Shown here: positions 25,787 to 35,665 of the stretch, in pieces
Numbering within the stretch: the stretch's first letter is position 1
How the letters are laid out: every line of letters starts with the position of its first letter
Program-made: the position numbers and the translations under genes
Origin: an uncultured Pelagibacteraceae bacterium
GTDB lineage: Bacteria > Pseudomonadota > Alphaproteobacteria > Pelagibacterales > AG-422-B15
Assembly (NCBI GenBank): GCA_905182145.1
Contig: CAJJAN010000002.1
Coordinates: 1 to 61,823, forward strand
Reading direction: 5' to 3'
Length of the DNA: 61,823 bases
The notes under the pieces: model-generated
The model's database searches: none
Seen by the model: only the letters and a program-made list of their open reading frames with translations
Told to the model about the DNA's origin: nothing

Positions 25787-27082
25787 TTGTTAAATATACT
25801 AAATCTGTCAAATAATAATCTAGTTGGTTTAAGACTTAGAACATTAAATTTAACTAGATGGATTGCTATATTAGGTCAATATATAGCTGTAGCAACTGCA
25901 TTCTTTTGGTTAGAAATAAATTTTAATATTTATTTAGCATCAGTTTGTATTTTAATAAGCATTATTTTGAATATTATTGTCAGCATTAAGTTCTTGCCAA
26001 TTAGAACCCTTAATTCAAATGAAACTTTATTTTACTTAATTTTTGATTCTATACAGTTAGTTGCTTTACTCTACATAACTGGAGGACTAACGAATCCTTT
26101 CTGTATACTAATCATTGCCCCATTTATAATTTCAGCGACATATTTAGATCTTTTTAGAACAATAATAATAGGAATTGTATCAATTTTATCACTGTCATTA
26201 CTCGCTTTTTTTTACCAACCAATATCAAGTAATATTTTTGAATTTAGCAGTTCAGATTTTTCATCATTTCAAATATTTAGTATATGGCTTTCATTGATTG
26301 TTTCATTGGCCTTTATAGGTATCTATTGTTTTAGAGTTGCAAATGAATCTAGGAAAGTTGAAAAAGCTTTAAATGAGACTCAGATAGCTCTTTCTGATGA
26401 AGAGAAAATTTCTGATATGATGAGTCTTACTGCTGCTGCGGTACATGAATTAGGCACTCCACTTTCTACTATTTCCGTCATAATAAAAGAGATAGTAAAC
26501 GAACTAGATGCAAGTGAAAAAAACTATGATGATATTTTATTGATTCAATCACAGATCAAAAGATGTAGTGAGATTTTAAATCGCTTGCGCCAGGGAGATA
26601 TATCTAATGATAATAGCTCTTTTATAAATGAGCTTGATTTTCCAAGACTAATTAATGAAATTGTTAAAGATTATGAATTAGAAGAAATTAAACTAAATTT
26701 TGAAATTGATGATTACTTTAAAAATTCTAATTTTATAATTTTGAGAAAACCTGAAATAGTTCATAGCTTAAGTAACATTATTGAAAACGCATATCAATAT
26801 GCCAAGCACTCTGTAACCATTAAATTAATATTGAAAGATGAGAATGTTATTCTTGAAATAATAAATGATGGCGAGGGATTTCCTGCAAATATATTGCCTA
26901 TTTTAGGTGAGCCATATGTTAAAAAAAATGAAAAAAATCATAAAGGTATTGGCCTAGGATTGTTTATTGCAAAAAATTTGATCAATAAAACAGTTGGAAA
27001 AATAGAATTTAGAAATATAGAAAATACTGGAGCTTGTGTAAAAATTATTTGGAAAAAAGATAATCTAATGATATCTCATTAA
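25787..27082 (+). CDS. regB: Redox sensor histidine kinase RegB/PrrB/ActS
   Basis: LRTLNLTRW, quinone-binding GGLTNPF, H-box AAVHELGTPL, redox Cys (KRCSEIL), GLGLFIA. Confidence 0.93.
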   Translation: MLNILNLSNNNLVGLRLRTLNLTRWIAILGQYIAVATAFFWLEINFNIYLASVCILISIILNIIVSIKFLPIRTLNSNETLFYLIFDSIQLVALLYITGGLTNPFCILIIAPFIISATYLDLFRTIIIGIVSILSLSLLAFFYQPISSNIFEFSSSDFSSFQIFSIWLSLIVSLAFIGIYCFRVANESRKVEKALNETQIALSDEEKISDMMSLTAAAVHELGTPLSTISVIIKEIVNELDASEKNYDDILLIQSQIKRCSEILNRLRQGDISNDNSSFINELDFPRLINEIVKDYELEEIKLNFEIDDYFKNSNFIILRKPEIVHSLSNIIENAYQYAKHSVTIKLILKDENVILEIINDGEGFPANILPILGEPYVKKNEKNHKGIGLGLFIAKNLINKTVGKIEFRNIENTGACVKIIWKKDNLMISH

Positions 27083-27087
27083 TTAAT

Positions 27088-27630
27088 ATGGAAAATTACA
27101 ATACAGATTTAGATACACTACTATTAGTTGATGACGATGAAATTTTTCGTAAGAGACTTTTGGCTGCAATGGAAAGAAAAGGATATAGCGTAGTTGGATT
27201 TGCTACAGTAGAAGAATCTCTATTATATATAAAAAATACCCCACCAAAGTTTGCAGTAATTGATTTACGATTACAGGACGGCAATGGACTGCAGATTGTT
27301 TCTGAGCTTTCAAAAATAAGACAAGATTGCAAAATTGTTATTCTTACTGGTTACGGCAATATTCCCACAGCTGTAGCGGCCGTAAAAGAAGGTGCTTGTG
27401 ATTATTTGGCAAAACCTGCAGATGCCGATGATATTGATGCTGCATTGAAAGCACCATATTTAGATAAGCCTGAACCTCCTAAAGATCCAATGTCGGCAGA
27501 TCGAGTTAAATGGGAGCACATTTTAAGGGTTTATGAGTTGTGTAATAGAAATGTCTCAGAGACAGCAAGAAGATTAAAGATGCACAGAAGAACACTTCAG
27601 AGAATTTTAGCTAAGCGATCACCAAAATAA
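27088..27630 (+). CDS. regA: Response regulator RegA/PrrA/ActR
   Basis: LTGYGNIPTAVAAVK, PMSADRVKWEHI, NVSETARRLKMHRRTLQRILAKRSP. Confidence 0.97.
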   Translation: MENYNTDLDTLLLVDDDEIFRKRLLAAMERKGYSVVGFATVEESLLYIKNTPPKFAVIDLRLQDGNGLQIVSELSKIRQDCKIVILTGYGNIPTAVAAVKEGACDYLAKPADADDIDAALKAPYLDKPEPPKDPMSADRVKWEHILRVYELCNRNVSETARRLKMHRRTLQRILAKRSPK

Positions 27631-27632
27631 CT

Positions 27633-28832
27633 TTATGCAATTTTTTTAGCGGCATTAATTACTGATAGTCTCTCCACACCTTCGTCGGCGATATCTTGTC
27701 CAGCGACTGTATCGTCTTCGGCATTTAATTCTTCCATATCAACAAATTCAGCATATGTAGCTTTTGTTCTATCTGTGATAATATGTGCTTTAAGTAATGT
27801 TTTAACAAGTACTCTAAAAATATTATTATTCTTTTTCATTTCTTCTTTAATTACATCACTTTGATCAATATATTTTTCAAATTCTTGTTGTACCCATTTT
27901 GCATCAAGGCCAACAGAGGCATATACTTCTTTTTTCTCAAATGGGTTTATCAAATTGAAAAGTAATTCAGTAAATATTTTTTCAGCCCAGTCTTCTACTT
28001 TTATATGTTCACTTTCAGAAAGTTTAGGAACAGTTCTGTCAGCCCAAATTTTACCAAACTTATGGTGGAACGCTTCGTCGCTCATTGTATATTTTAATAA
28101 AGTTTTTAAGACAGGATCATTAGTGTCTTCATGAGCCATAGCAAAAGCACCCATAGCAAGACCTTCAATCATCATTTGCATGCCAACAATTTTTTTATAC
28201 ACTACATCTGAAGAAACAATATCGTCGGCTACTCTTCCAAGAGTTGGACCAACTTTATATGGAGAACCCCATCTAGACTCAATATACTTTGTAAAACCAG
28301 TAACATGTCTTGCTTCTTCTCGAGTTTGATTGGCTGCATATTCTTGAGCACCAGGATCTCTTAAAACATGACATAAACTTGCACTTAAAGAAAGGGCTGC
28401 TTGTTCACCATGAAGTATTTGCGATAGTACAAAGCGAAAGCTTTCATTGTTTAATTTTATTTTTTGCTTTTCAGTCAATTTTGCAGCAATACTTGGTATA
28501 TCTAGCTCTAGACCAAATGGTCCTTTTGGATCAACTATGTGTTCGTTTTCTAAATCAAAAGGAATATCAAAATCAATATATTTCTTATCTAATGGATCCC
28601 AAAAATGCTTATGTGTAGCACTAATTATTTTATCAAACGCATTAGACCTCTCTCCATATCTTTCTTTATCCATCATTGGAATAAAGTGCTTAGGATTTGC
28701 AGCGTTGTAGGCTGGATCTTTTGTTAAAGCATTTTTACCACTTTGAGAAGTTTGCCAATTTTCTTTCATCTTATAGAATTTGTCTTTGACAATAATTTTT
28801 GCAAATTTAAGTTTTTCTGAAGTAGTAGGCAT
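27633..28832 (-). CDS. Ferritin-like diiron oxidoreductase (AurF/desaturase-like fold), substrate unknown
   Basis: Carboxylate/His ligand pattern HGEQAAL ... REEARH ... MIEGLA ... SDEAFHHKFG. Confidence 0.75.
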   Translation of the reverse strand: MPTTSEKLKFAKIIVKDKFYKMKENWQTSQSGKNALTKDPAYNAANPKHFIPMMDKERYGERSNAFDKIISATHKHFWDPLDKKYIDFDIPFDLENEHIVDPKGPFGLELDIPSIAAKLTEKQKIKLNNESFRFVLSQILHGEQAALSLSASLCHVLRDPGAQEYAANQTREEARHVTGFTKYIESRWGSPYKVGPTLGRVADDIVSSDVVYKKIVGMQMMIEGLAMGAFAMAHEDTNDPVLKTLLKYTMSDEAFHHKFGKIWADRTVPKLSESEHIKVEDWAEKIFTELLFNLINPFEKKEVYASVGLDAKWVQQEFEKYIDQSDVIKEEMKKNNNIFRVLVKTLLKAHIITDRTKATYAEFVDMEELNAEDDTVAGQDIADEGVERLSVINAAKKIA

Positions 28833-28872
28833 ATGAAATTCTATCTTAATTATTTTTATTTAGCAAATGTAA

Positions 28873-28893
28873 AGTATATCAGCTTGATATACT
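28873..28893. promoter_or_regulatory. Palindromic operator candidate 1
   Basis: AGTATATCA-GCT-TGATATACT, perfect 9-3-9 inverted repeat 40 bp upstream of the diiron gene start. Confidence 0.6.
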
Positions 28894-28968
28894 AGTCAAA
28901 TGAAATAACCAATAAATTCATGTACTTAATTTGATAATATTGTGCAGCTTGAAGATTAGTTAAATTTA

Positions 28969-28990
28969 AATACTTTAAACCTAAAGTATT
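28969..28990. promoter_or_regulatory. Palindromic operator candidate 2
   Basis: AATACTTTA-AACC-TAAAGTATT, perfect 9-4-9 inverted repeat in the same divergent spacer; AT-rich. Confidence 0.45.
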
Positions 28991-29097
28991 CTATTTTTCA
29001 TCAATAAGAGTGCTATATTATTTATCAATAACTCATATACATTGCTTATTTTTTCTCATATCTTGCGTTGAAATTTAGTTAAAACCGATAAAACACT

Positions 29098-31755
29098 ATG
29101 GTATTAAAAATAGAAAATTTATTCTTTAAAAATAGGATGGCCATCCTATCTGGTTTTGTAGTTTTAACTATTGTTATGGGTTTTTTTGCTTCTCAATTAA
29201 AATTAGATGCAGGTTTCTATAAACAACTTCCAAGTAATCACAGTTTTATCAAAACATTTTATGAGTATGAAGATGCTTTATTTGGGTCAAATAATTTAAT
29301 TATTGCAGTAAGAAATACAGAAGGTGATATTTTTGAAAAAGATTTCTTAACAAAACTTTTGGAAGTATCGGAGGCAGTAAGATATTTACCTGGTGCAAAC
29401 CAAGCTTCTTTGACTTCATTGTGGACTCCAAACATTAGAGTGTTACGTGTTACAGAAGAAGGCTACGAAGCAAGTGCTGTGATACCAGGCAATATTATTC
29501 CTGAAGATTTAAATGACTCAGAGATACAAAAAATTAAAGAAAGAATTTTAACGGGTGGTCATGTTGGAAAAGTTGTTTCCAATGATTTTACTTCTGCGTT
29601 AATTAAAATTGAGCTTACTGAGTTTGATCCAAGAACAGGCGAACCTCTTGATTATTTGTCTTTAGGAAAGCTTCTTGATACTGAAATTAGAAATAAATTT
29701 GAGGATGAAAAATATAAAATTCATATAATTGGATTTGCAAAAATGATTTCGGATATTGCTAAAGAAGCAGGTGGGGTTGTTGTCTTTTTTATCATAGCTT
29801 TTCTATTAACAGTTTTATCTGTTTATTTTTACTCTAAATCATGGACCTTAACATTTCTTCCATTAATTTGCTCACTGACTTCACTCATATGGCAGTTTGG
29901 GATGTTAAAATTATTAGGATTTGGACTTGACCCATTAGCCATTCTTGTTCCTTTTTTAGTTTTTGCAATTGGAGTTTCGCATGGCATTCAGCAAATAAAT
30001 CAGATTACTAAAGAGGTAATAGATGGTCAGTCTGCAACTCAAGCAGCAAGATCAAGTTTTTCAAGATTATTAGTTCCAGGAACTATGGCATTAGTTACAG
30101 ACCTTGTAGGATTTGGAACATTAGTTTTTTTACCAATTGGAATGATTCAAGAATTGGGAATTACTGCTTCAATTGGAGTTGCAATGAAAATTGTAACAAA
30201 TCTTATTATGCTTCCACTTGCTGCATCCTATGCAACTTATAATGCCAACTTTATTATAAGAGCCGAAAAAGCAATTACTCAAAGAAGACATGCCATGCGT
30301 TTCTTTAGCAGACTTGCTGAACCAAAAACAGCATTCATAACACTTGGTATTAGCTCTATTTTATTTGTCTATGCAACTATTTTAGCTTCAGACAGACATA
30401 TTGGGGACCTACATGCGGGGGCTCCAGAACTAAGAGCTGATGCAATATATAATCTGGATACTAAGGAAATAACTTCAAGATTTAATATAACCTCTGATGT
30501 TTTAATTGTAATAATGGAAGTACCAGAACTTGCTTGTAGAATGTATGATGTAATGTCTGTTCAAGACAATTTTCATTGGTACATGGAAAATGTTGATGGG
30601 GTAACAGAGGTAATTTCCCTATCAGGTGTTGCAAGACAGGCAGCTAGTGGCTATGCAGAAGGCAATCCAAAGTGGAATTATATTCCTCGCCATGACAGAG
30701 CCTTAGGCTTTGTAACAAGTATTGCAGATCCTTCCACTGGACTATTAAATGAAAATTGTACAATTCTTCCAGTATATATATTTACCGAAGATCATAAAGC
30801 TACTACTATTGAGCACGTAATTAATGCAGCAAAAGAATATCAATCTAAATATCAATCTTTAGAAAGTTCAATCAAATTTAATTTTGCATTTCAACCACCA
30901 GAAGGTGAAAAAAAATATCCAACTCTTTTTCAAAACTATGGACAAGAAATTGATCATGCAAGAGAAGGTTTTGTTGAATATAAAGAATTTTCTGAAGATG
31001 AATGGATAGATTTTGGTTATCAAAATAACTTCAATACAAGACATTTAAATACTCAAAGACTATCATCATTATTTCAAGATGAAAATTTAGATCAATATGA
31101 TACTGCAGAAATAAGAGATATTCATGCTGCTCGAACAGCAATTCAAAATCTCTTCAATGATAATCCAAATTTAGATGCAATTACTTACAAAATTGATGAA
31201 ACGAATTTTAGATTAGCTAGTGGTACCGTTGGCATTATGCACGCCACTAATGAGGTTATAGAAACATCTGAACTACCAATGATGCTCTTAGTTTATGCCG
31301 TTATAATTTTATTAGTATTTATTACTTATCGTGATTGGAGAGCAACAATTTGTTGTACTGTACCCTTAACATTCGCAACAATGCTAGGTTATGCATTTAT
31401 GGAAATAATGGAAATTGGATTAAAAATATCGACACTACCAGTTATGGTTTTAGCGGTAGGTATAGGAGTAGATTATGCTTTTTATATTTATAATAGACTT
31501 CAAGTTTATTTAAAAGAGGGACTAGATATTACTGAAGCATTTAAAAATACTTTTGCTAACACTGGTGCAGCTGTAATCTTTACATCCCTTACTTTAGCAA
31601 TTGGGGTTTCAACTTGGTCATTTTCAGCCTTAAAATTTCAAGCTGACATGGGAATGTTGTTAACTTTTATGTTCATTGTTAACATGTTATGTGCAATGAC
31701 TACTCTGCCAGCACTAGCAGTTGTATTAGATAAATTGTTCCCTAGAAAAAATTGA
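29098..31755 (+). CDS. RND superfamily MMPL/exporter-type transporter
   Basis: Two repeats of one TM + periplasmic loop + TM bundle; FAIGVSHGIQ and LAVGIGVDYAFY motifs; LKFQADMG. Confidence 0.9.
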   Translation: MVLKIENLFFKNRMAILSGFVVLTIVMGFFASQLKLDAGFYKQLPSNHSFIKTFYEYEDALFGSNNLIIAVRNTEGDIFEKDFLTKLLEVSEAVRYLPGANQASLTSLWTPNIRVLRVTEEGYEASAVIPGNIIPEDLNDSEIQKIKERILTGGHVGKVVSNDFTSALIKIELTEFDPRTGEPLDYLSLGKLLDTEIRNKFEDEKYKIHIIGFAKMISDIAKEAGGVVVFFIIAFLLTVLSVYFYSKSWTLTFLPLICSLTSLIWQFGMLKLLGFGLDPLAILVPFLVFAIGVSHGIQQINQITKEVIDGQSATQAARSSFSRLLVPGTMALVTDLVGFGTLVFLPIGMIQELGITASIGVAMKIVTNLIMLPLAASYATYNANFIIRAEKAITQRRHAMRFFSRLAEPKTAFITLGISSILFVYATILASDRHIGDLHAGAPELRADAIYNLDTKEITSRFNITSDVLIVIMEVPELACRMYDVMSVQDNFHWYMENVDGVTEVISLSGVARQAASGYAEGNPKWNYIPRHDRALGFVTSIADPSTGLLNENCTILPVYIFTEDHKATTIEHVINAAKEYQSKYQSLESSIKFNFAFQPPEGEKKYPTLFQNYGQEIDHAREGFVEYKEFSEDEWIDFGYQNNFNTRHLNTQRLSSLFQDENLDQYDTAEIRDIHAARTAIQNLFNDNPNLDAITYKIDETNFRLASGTVGIMHATNEVIETSELPMMLLVYAVIILLVFITYRDWRATICCTVPLTFATMLGYAFMEIMEIGLKISTLPVMVLAVGIGVDYAFYIYNRLQVYLKEGLDITEAFKNTFANTGAAVIFTSLTLAIGVSTWSFSALKFQADMGMLLTFMFIVNMLCAMTTLPALAVVLDKLFPRKN

Positions 31756-31828
31756 GCTAAGGCTTAAATATAATTTTTAAAAAAATACCCTATAGTTTTT
31801 TTTATCCAACTCTTGTAATATCCTAATT

Positions 31829-32005
31829 ATGGATACTCAAAATAAAGATTTGGATGTTGAAAAAGAAACTGTGCAATCAAAAAAAATCAACTGTGCCGGA
31901 ATTGGCGGTTCATTGGGTCATCCAAAAGTGTATTTAGATATGGGAGATTTAAATGAAATTAGATGCCCTTATTGTAGTAAGCTTTTTATTTTAGAAAATA
32001 GCTAA
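31829..32005 (+). CDS. Small zf-CHCC zinc-finger protein (NDUFS6-like), 58 aa, absent from the ORF track
   Basis: Hand translation MDTQNKDLDVEKETVQSKKINCAGIGGSLGHPKVYLDMGDLNEIRCPYCSKLFILENS*; C-x8-HP-x-VY...CPYC. Confidence 0.9.
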   Translation: MDTQNKDLDVEKETVQSKKINCAGIGGSLGHPKVYLDMGDLNEIRCPYCSKLFILENS

Positions 32006-32011
32006 ATAATC

Positions 32012-34825
32012 GTGTCAGAAAAAAAACATTTATTTTTAATCGATGGATCAGGTTATATTTTCAGAGCCTATTATGCTTTACCCCCTCTTTATAGAAAAAG
32101 TGATGGGCTGCCTACGGGTGCTGTTAATGGTTTTTGCAATATGTTATTTAAACTTATTGAAGATACTAAATCAAATTCAAAGCCTACTCATCTAGCAGTT
32201 ATATTTGATAGCGCCAGAAAAACATTTAGAAATGATATTTATAGCGATTATAAGGCCAATAGAGGTGAGCCACCAGAAGATTTAATTCCACAATTTCAGA
32301 TTATAAAAGATTCAGTTACAGCGTTTGGTATTCCATCAATTGAGTTAGCTGGATTTGAGGCAGACGATATAATTGCAACTTATGCTAAACAAGCAGCAGA
32401 CAAGAATTGGAAAGTTTCAATTGTTTCTTCAGATAAAGATTTAATGCAAGTAGTGACAAAAGATATCAATTTAATAGATACAATGAAGAATAAATCCATT
32501 GGTATAGAAGATGTTAAAGAAAAATTTGGTGTTGCTCCGGATCGTGTGATTGATGTGCAAGCCTTGGCTGGTGATAGCTCGGATAATGTTCCAGGGGCAC
32601 CTGGTATAGGACTAAAAACTGCAGCATTATTAATTAATGAATATGATAATTTGGAGAATCTTCTTGAGTCTGCAGATCAGATTAAACAAAACAAAAGAAG
32701 GGAAAGCTTAATAAATAATAAGGAGTTAATTAAAATAAGCAAACAACTTGTAACCTTAAAAGATGATGTAACTAATATTCAGTCATTAGATACCTTAAAT
32801 ATAACAAATATTAATTATGAAACTTTACTTCCTTTTTTACATGAGCTTGAATTATTTAAACTTAAAGAGCGTTTAACTAAAAAAAATCCAGATTTACAAA
32901 AAATAAAAATAATTTCAAAAAAGAAATTGCCAGAAGAAAAAGTTAATACCAACACAATAGAAATAAATGAAGAAAAAACTTCAGATAGTGTTTTAGAAAA
33001 GAGTAAATATATTTCAATTACAAATATGAAAGCATTAGAGCTATTGATGAAAGATATATATGATCTGGGCTATTTTGTATTTGACCTTGAAACAGATTCT
33101 CTAAATGTCATTGATGCTAATTTGATTGGAGTTGCAATATGTTTAAGTGTTAAAAGATCTTATTATATTCCTCTTGCACACAAAGATGAAGATGGAAAAA
33201 TTATCGAAGAACAAATAGACTTTAAGGAAGCCTTAAAGCAACTTAACAATATCTTAAGCAATAGTTCGTTAATTAAAATCGGTCATAATATAAAGTATGA
33301 TATTGCTGTATTAAAAAGATACAAAATTGATGTTGTTTCATTTGAAGATACAATGCTTATGTCATATATAAATGATGCTGGAAATCATCGTCATGGTATG
33401 GATGAATTAGCAAAAGTTCATTTCAATCGAGATACTATAAAGTTTAAAGATGTAGTTGGCACTGGGAAGTCACAAATCACTTTTGACTATGTAGAAATTG
33501 AAAAAGCAATAGAATATGCAGCTGAAGATGCAGAAATTACATTTAAGTTATACTTACTGCTAAAGAAAAAACTAAGTGAAGAAAAAAATATTAGTGCTTA
33601 TAACTATTTAGAAAAGCCATTAGTAGCTTCAATTCTAGAAATGGAAATTAATGGTATAAAGATTAACACAGAATATTTGCAGTCCTTGTCATCAGAATTT
33701 GAAAAAAAAATAAATAGTCTAGAAAAAACGATTTTTAAATTATGTGGAGTAGAATTTAATATTGGGTCCCCTAAACAATTAGGAGATGTTTTGTTTAATA
33801 AGCTTAACTTAACACCCCCTAAAAAAACAAAAACAGGAGAGTTTTCAACGGGAATTGAAGTTCTTGAGGACCTTGCTTTTGAAGGAAATAAAGTAGCTGA
33901 AGATTTAATAACTTGGCGTCAACTATCTAAACTTAAAAACACCTACACAGAGGCTTTGCAAACTCATATTAATAAAACTACACAAAGAATTCATACATCT
34001 TATGCCATGGCTTCAACTAATACTGGCAGATTATCCTCAAGTGACCCAAATTTGCAAAATATTCCAATACGGTCGACTGAGGGCAGATTAATAAGAAAAG
34101 CCTTTATTGCAGAAAAAGGATATAAAATTTTATCAGCAGACTATAGTCAAGTTGAGTTAAGAGTTTTAGCACACATTGCTAAAATAGAACCTTTGATAGC
34201 AGCTTTTAAGAATGGAGAAGATATTCATGCGTTAACGGCATCTGAGATTTTTAGTACTGATATAAAAAAAATAACTCCTGATTTAAGAAGAAGAGCAAAA
34301 GCTGTAAACTTTGGAATCATATATGGAATTTCTGCATTTGGTTTAGCTAAGCAATTATCAATCACAAATCATGAAGCAAACAATTTTATTAAAAAATATT
34401 TTGATAAATTTCCTGGCATAAAAAAATACATGGAAGATACCAAAGCTTTATGTAGAGAGCAGGGGTATGTTGAGACTCTTTGTGGTAGAAAATGTTTCTT
34501 TCCAAAAATAAAAGATAAAAACTTTGCATATAGATCTTTCCAAGAGAGAGCAGCGATTAATGCGCCAATTCAGGGAACAGCTGCTGATATAATTAAACGC
34601 GCTATGATAAAAATTTATGAAAAAAATATTTCCAACAACAATGATTGTAAAATGCTTTTACAAGTTCATGATGAATTAATTTTTGAGGTAAAAGAAAGTA
34701 AAATAGAAAAATATCAAGCATTAATTAGACAGGAAATGGAAAATGCTTTACATCCATTAATAAGTCTTGATGTGCCTTTATTGGTAGAATCAAGTTTTGG
34801 TGATAATTGGGATGAGGCTCATTAA
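32012..34825 (+). CDS. polA: DNA polymerase I
   Basis: LIDGSGYIFRAYYA, GDSSDNVPG, exo I DLET, TGRLSSSDPNLQNIP, ADYSQVELR, AKAVNFGIIYG, LQVHDEL; GTG start. Confidence 0.98.
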   Translation: MSEKKHLFLIDGSGYIFRAYYALPPLYRKSDGLPTGAVNGFCNMLFKLIEDTKSNSKPTHLAVIFDSARKTFRNDIYSDYKANRGEPPEDLIPQFQIIKDSVTAFGIPSIELAGFEADDIIATYAKQAADKNWKVSIVSSDKDLMQVVTKDINLIDTMKNKSIGIEDVKEKFGVAPDRVIDVQALAGDSSDNVPGAPGIGLKTAALLINEYDNLENLLESADQIKQNKRRESLINNKELIKISKQLVTLKDDVTNIQSLDTLNITNINYETLLPFLHELELFKLKERLTKKNPDLQKIKIISKKKLPEEKVNTNTIEINEEKTSDSVLEKSKYISITNMKALELLMKDIYDLGYFVFDLETDSLNVIDANLIGVAICLSVKRSYYIPLAHKDEDGKIIEEQIDFKEALKQLNNILSNSSLIKIGHNIKYDIAVLKRYKIDVVSFEDTMLMSYINDAGNHRHGMDELAKVHFNRDTIKFKDVVGTGKSQITFDYVEIEKAIEYAAEDAEITFKLYLLLKKKLSEEKNISAYNYLEKPLVASILEMEINGIKINTEYLQSLSSEFEKKINSLEKTIFKLCGVEFNIGSPKQLGDVLFNKLNLTPPKKTKTGEFSTGIEVLEDLAFEGNKVAEDLITWRQLSKLKNTYTEALQTHINKTTQRIHTSYAMASTNTGRLSSSDPNLQNIPIRSTEGRLIRKAFIAEKGYKILSADYSQVELRVLAHIAKIEPLIAAFKNGEDIHALTASEIFSTDIKKITPDLRRRAKAVNFGIIYGISAFGLAKQLSITNHEANNFIKKYFDKFPGIKKYMEDTKALCREQGYVETLCGRKCFFPKIKDKNFAYRSFQERAAINAPIQGTAADIIKRAMIKIYEKNISNNNDCKMLLQVHDELIFEVKESKIEKYQALIRQEMENALHPLISLDVPLLVESSFGDNWDEAH

Positions 34826-34828
34826 TTT

Positions 34829-35602
34829 ATGTCTGAAACTATAGTAATTGTGACCGGTGGTTTTGACCCTTTGCATTCAGGTCATATAGTTTATTTTAAA
34901 GACGCAAAAAAATTAGGCGATAAACTTATCGTTGGTGTTAACTCTGATGAATGGCTAGTTAATAAAAAAGGACGACCTTTTATGCCTTTGTCAGAAAGAA
35001 TTGAAATTATAAAAAATCTTACTGTTGTTGATGAGATTGTCACTTTTGATGATCAAGATAACTCAGCGTCTGGTGCAATTAGAACAGTTTTAGAAAAATT
35101 TCCAAACAATAAAATCTTATTTGCTAATGGTGGCGATAGGACTTCTGGCAATATATTAGAAATGGATGCATTTAAAGATCAAACAAATGTTGAATTTGTA
35201 TTTGGTGTTGGTGGAGATTTTAAGAAAAACTCTTCTAGTTGGATTCTTGAGGAATGGAAATCACCAACTGAAGAAAGACCTTGGGGGTCATTTAAAATTC
35301 TTGATGAAAAAAAACAATATAAAGTTAAGGAGCTAGTTGTAAATCCTGGAGCTAGATTAAGTCTTCAATCTCATAAAAAAAGAGAAGAAACATGGGTAGT
35401 GTTAGAGGGAGAAGCTACAGTTACAATTAATGAAGATATATTTACCAAAATAAAAAATGAAACCATTCATATTCCACAAGGTGCTAAACATCGACTTGAA
35501 AATAAACATGATAGTATTTTAAAGATAATTGAAATTCAAACAGGCACATACTTTGGTGAAGACGATATTACTAGATACGATGATGATTTTGGTAGAGTTT
35601 AA
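34829..35602 (+). CDS. Cytidylyltransferase-like (HxGH) domain fused to a ManC-type cupin domain
   Basis: N-term GGFDPLHSGH...VGVNSDEWL...FANGGDR; C-term RPWG...KELVVNPGARLSLQSH...IEIQTGTYFGEDDI. Confidence 0.85.
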   Translation: MSETIVIVTGGFDPLHSGHIVYFKDAKKLGDKLIVGVNSDEWLVNKKGRPFMPLSERIEIIKNLTVVDEIVTFDDQDNSASGAIRTVLEKFPNNKILFANGGDRTSGNILEMDAFKDQTNVEFVFGVGGDFKKNSSSWILEEWKSPTEERPWGSFKILDEKKQYKVKELVVNPGARLSLQSHKKREETWVVLEGEATVTINEDIFTKIKNETIHIPQGAKHRLENKHDSILKIIEIQTGTYFGEDDITRYDDDFGRV

Positions 35603-35665
35603 CTGAATAATTATTGAATTATTTATTTAAGACAAATTGCTAAAAATCTTATTAAATAAGTATGC

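Noticed and set aside
30850-31200. Intein as the explanation for the RND insertion
   Set aside because: No terminal His-Asn followed by Cys/Ser/Thr, no recognisable intein N-terminal block, and the segment is periplasmic.
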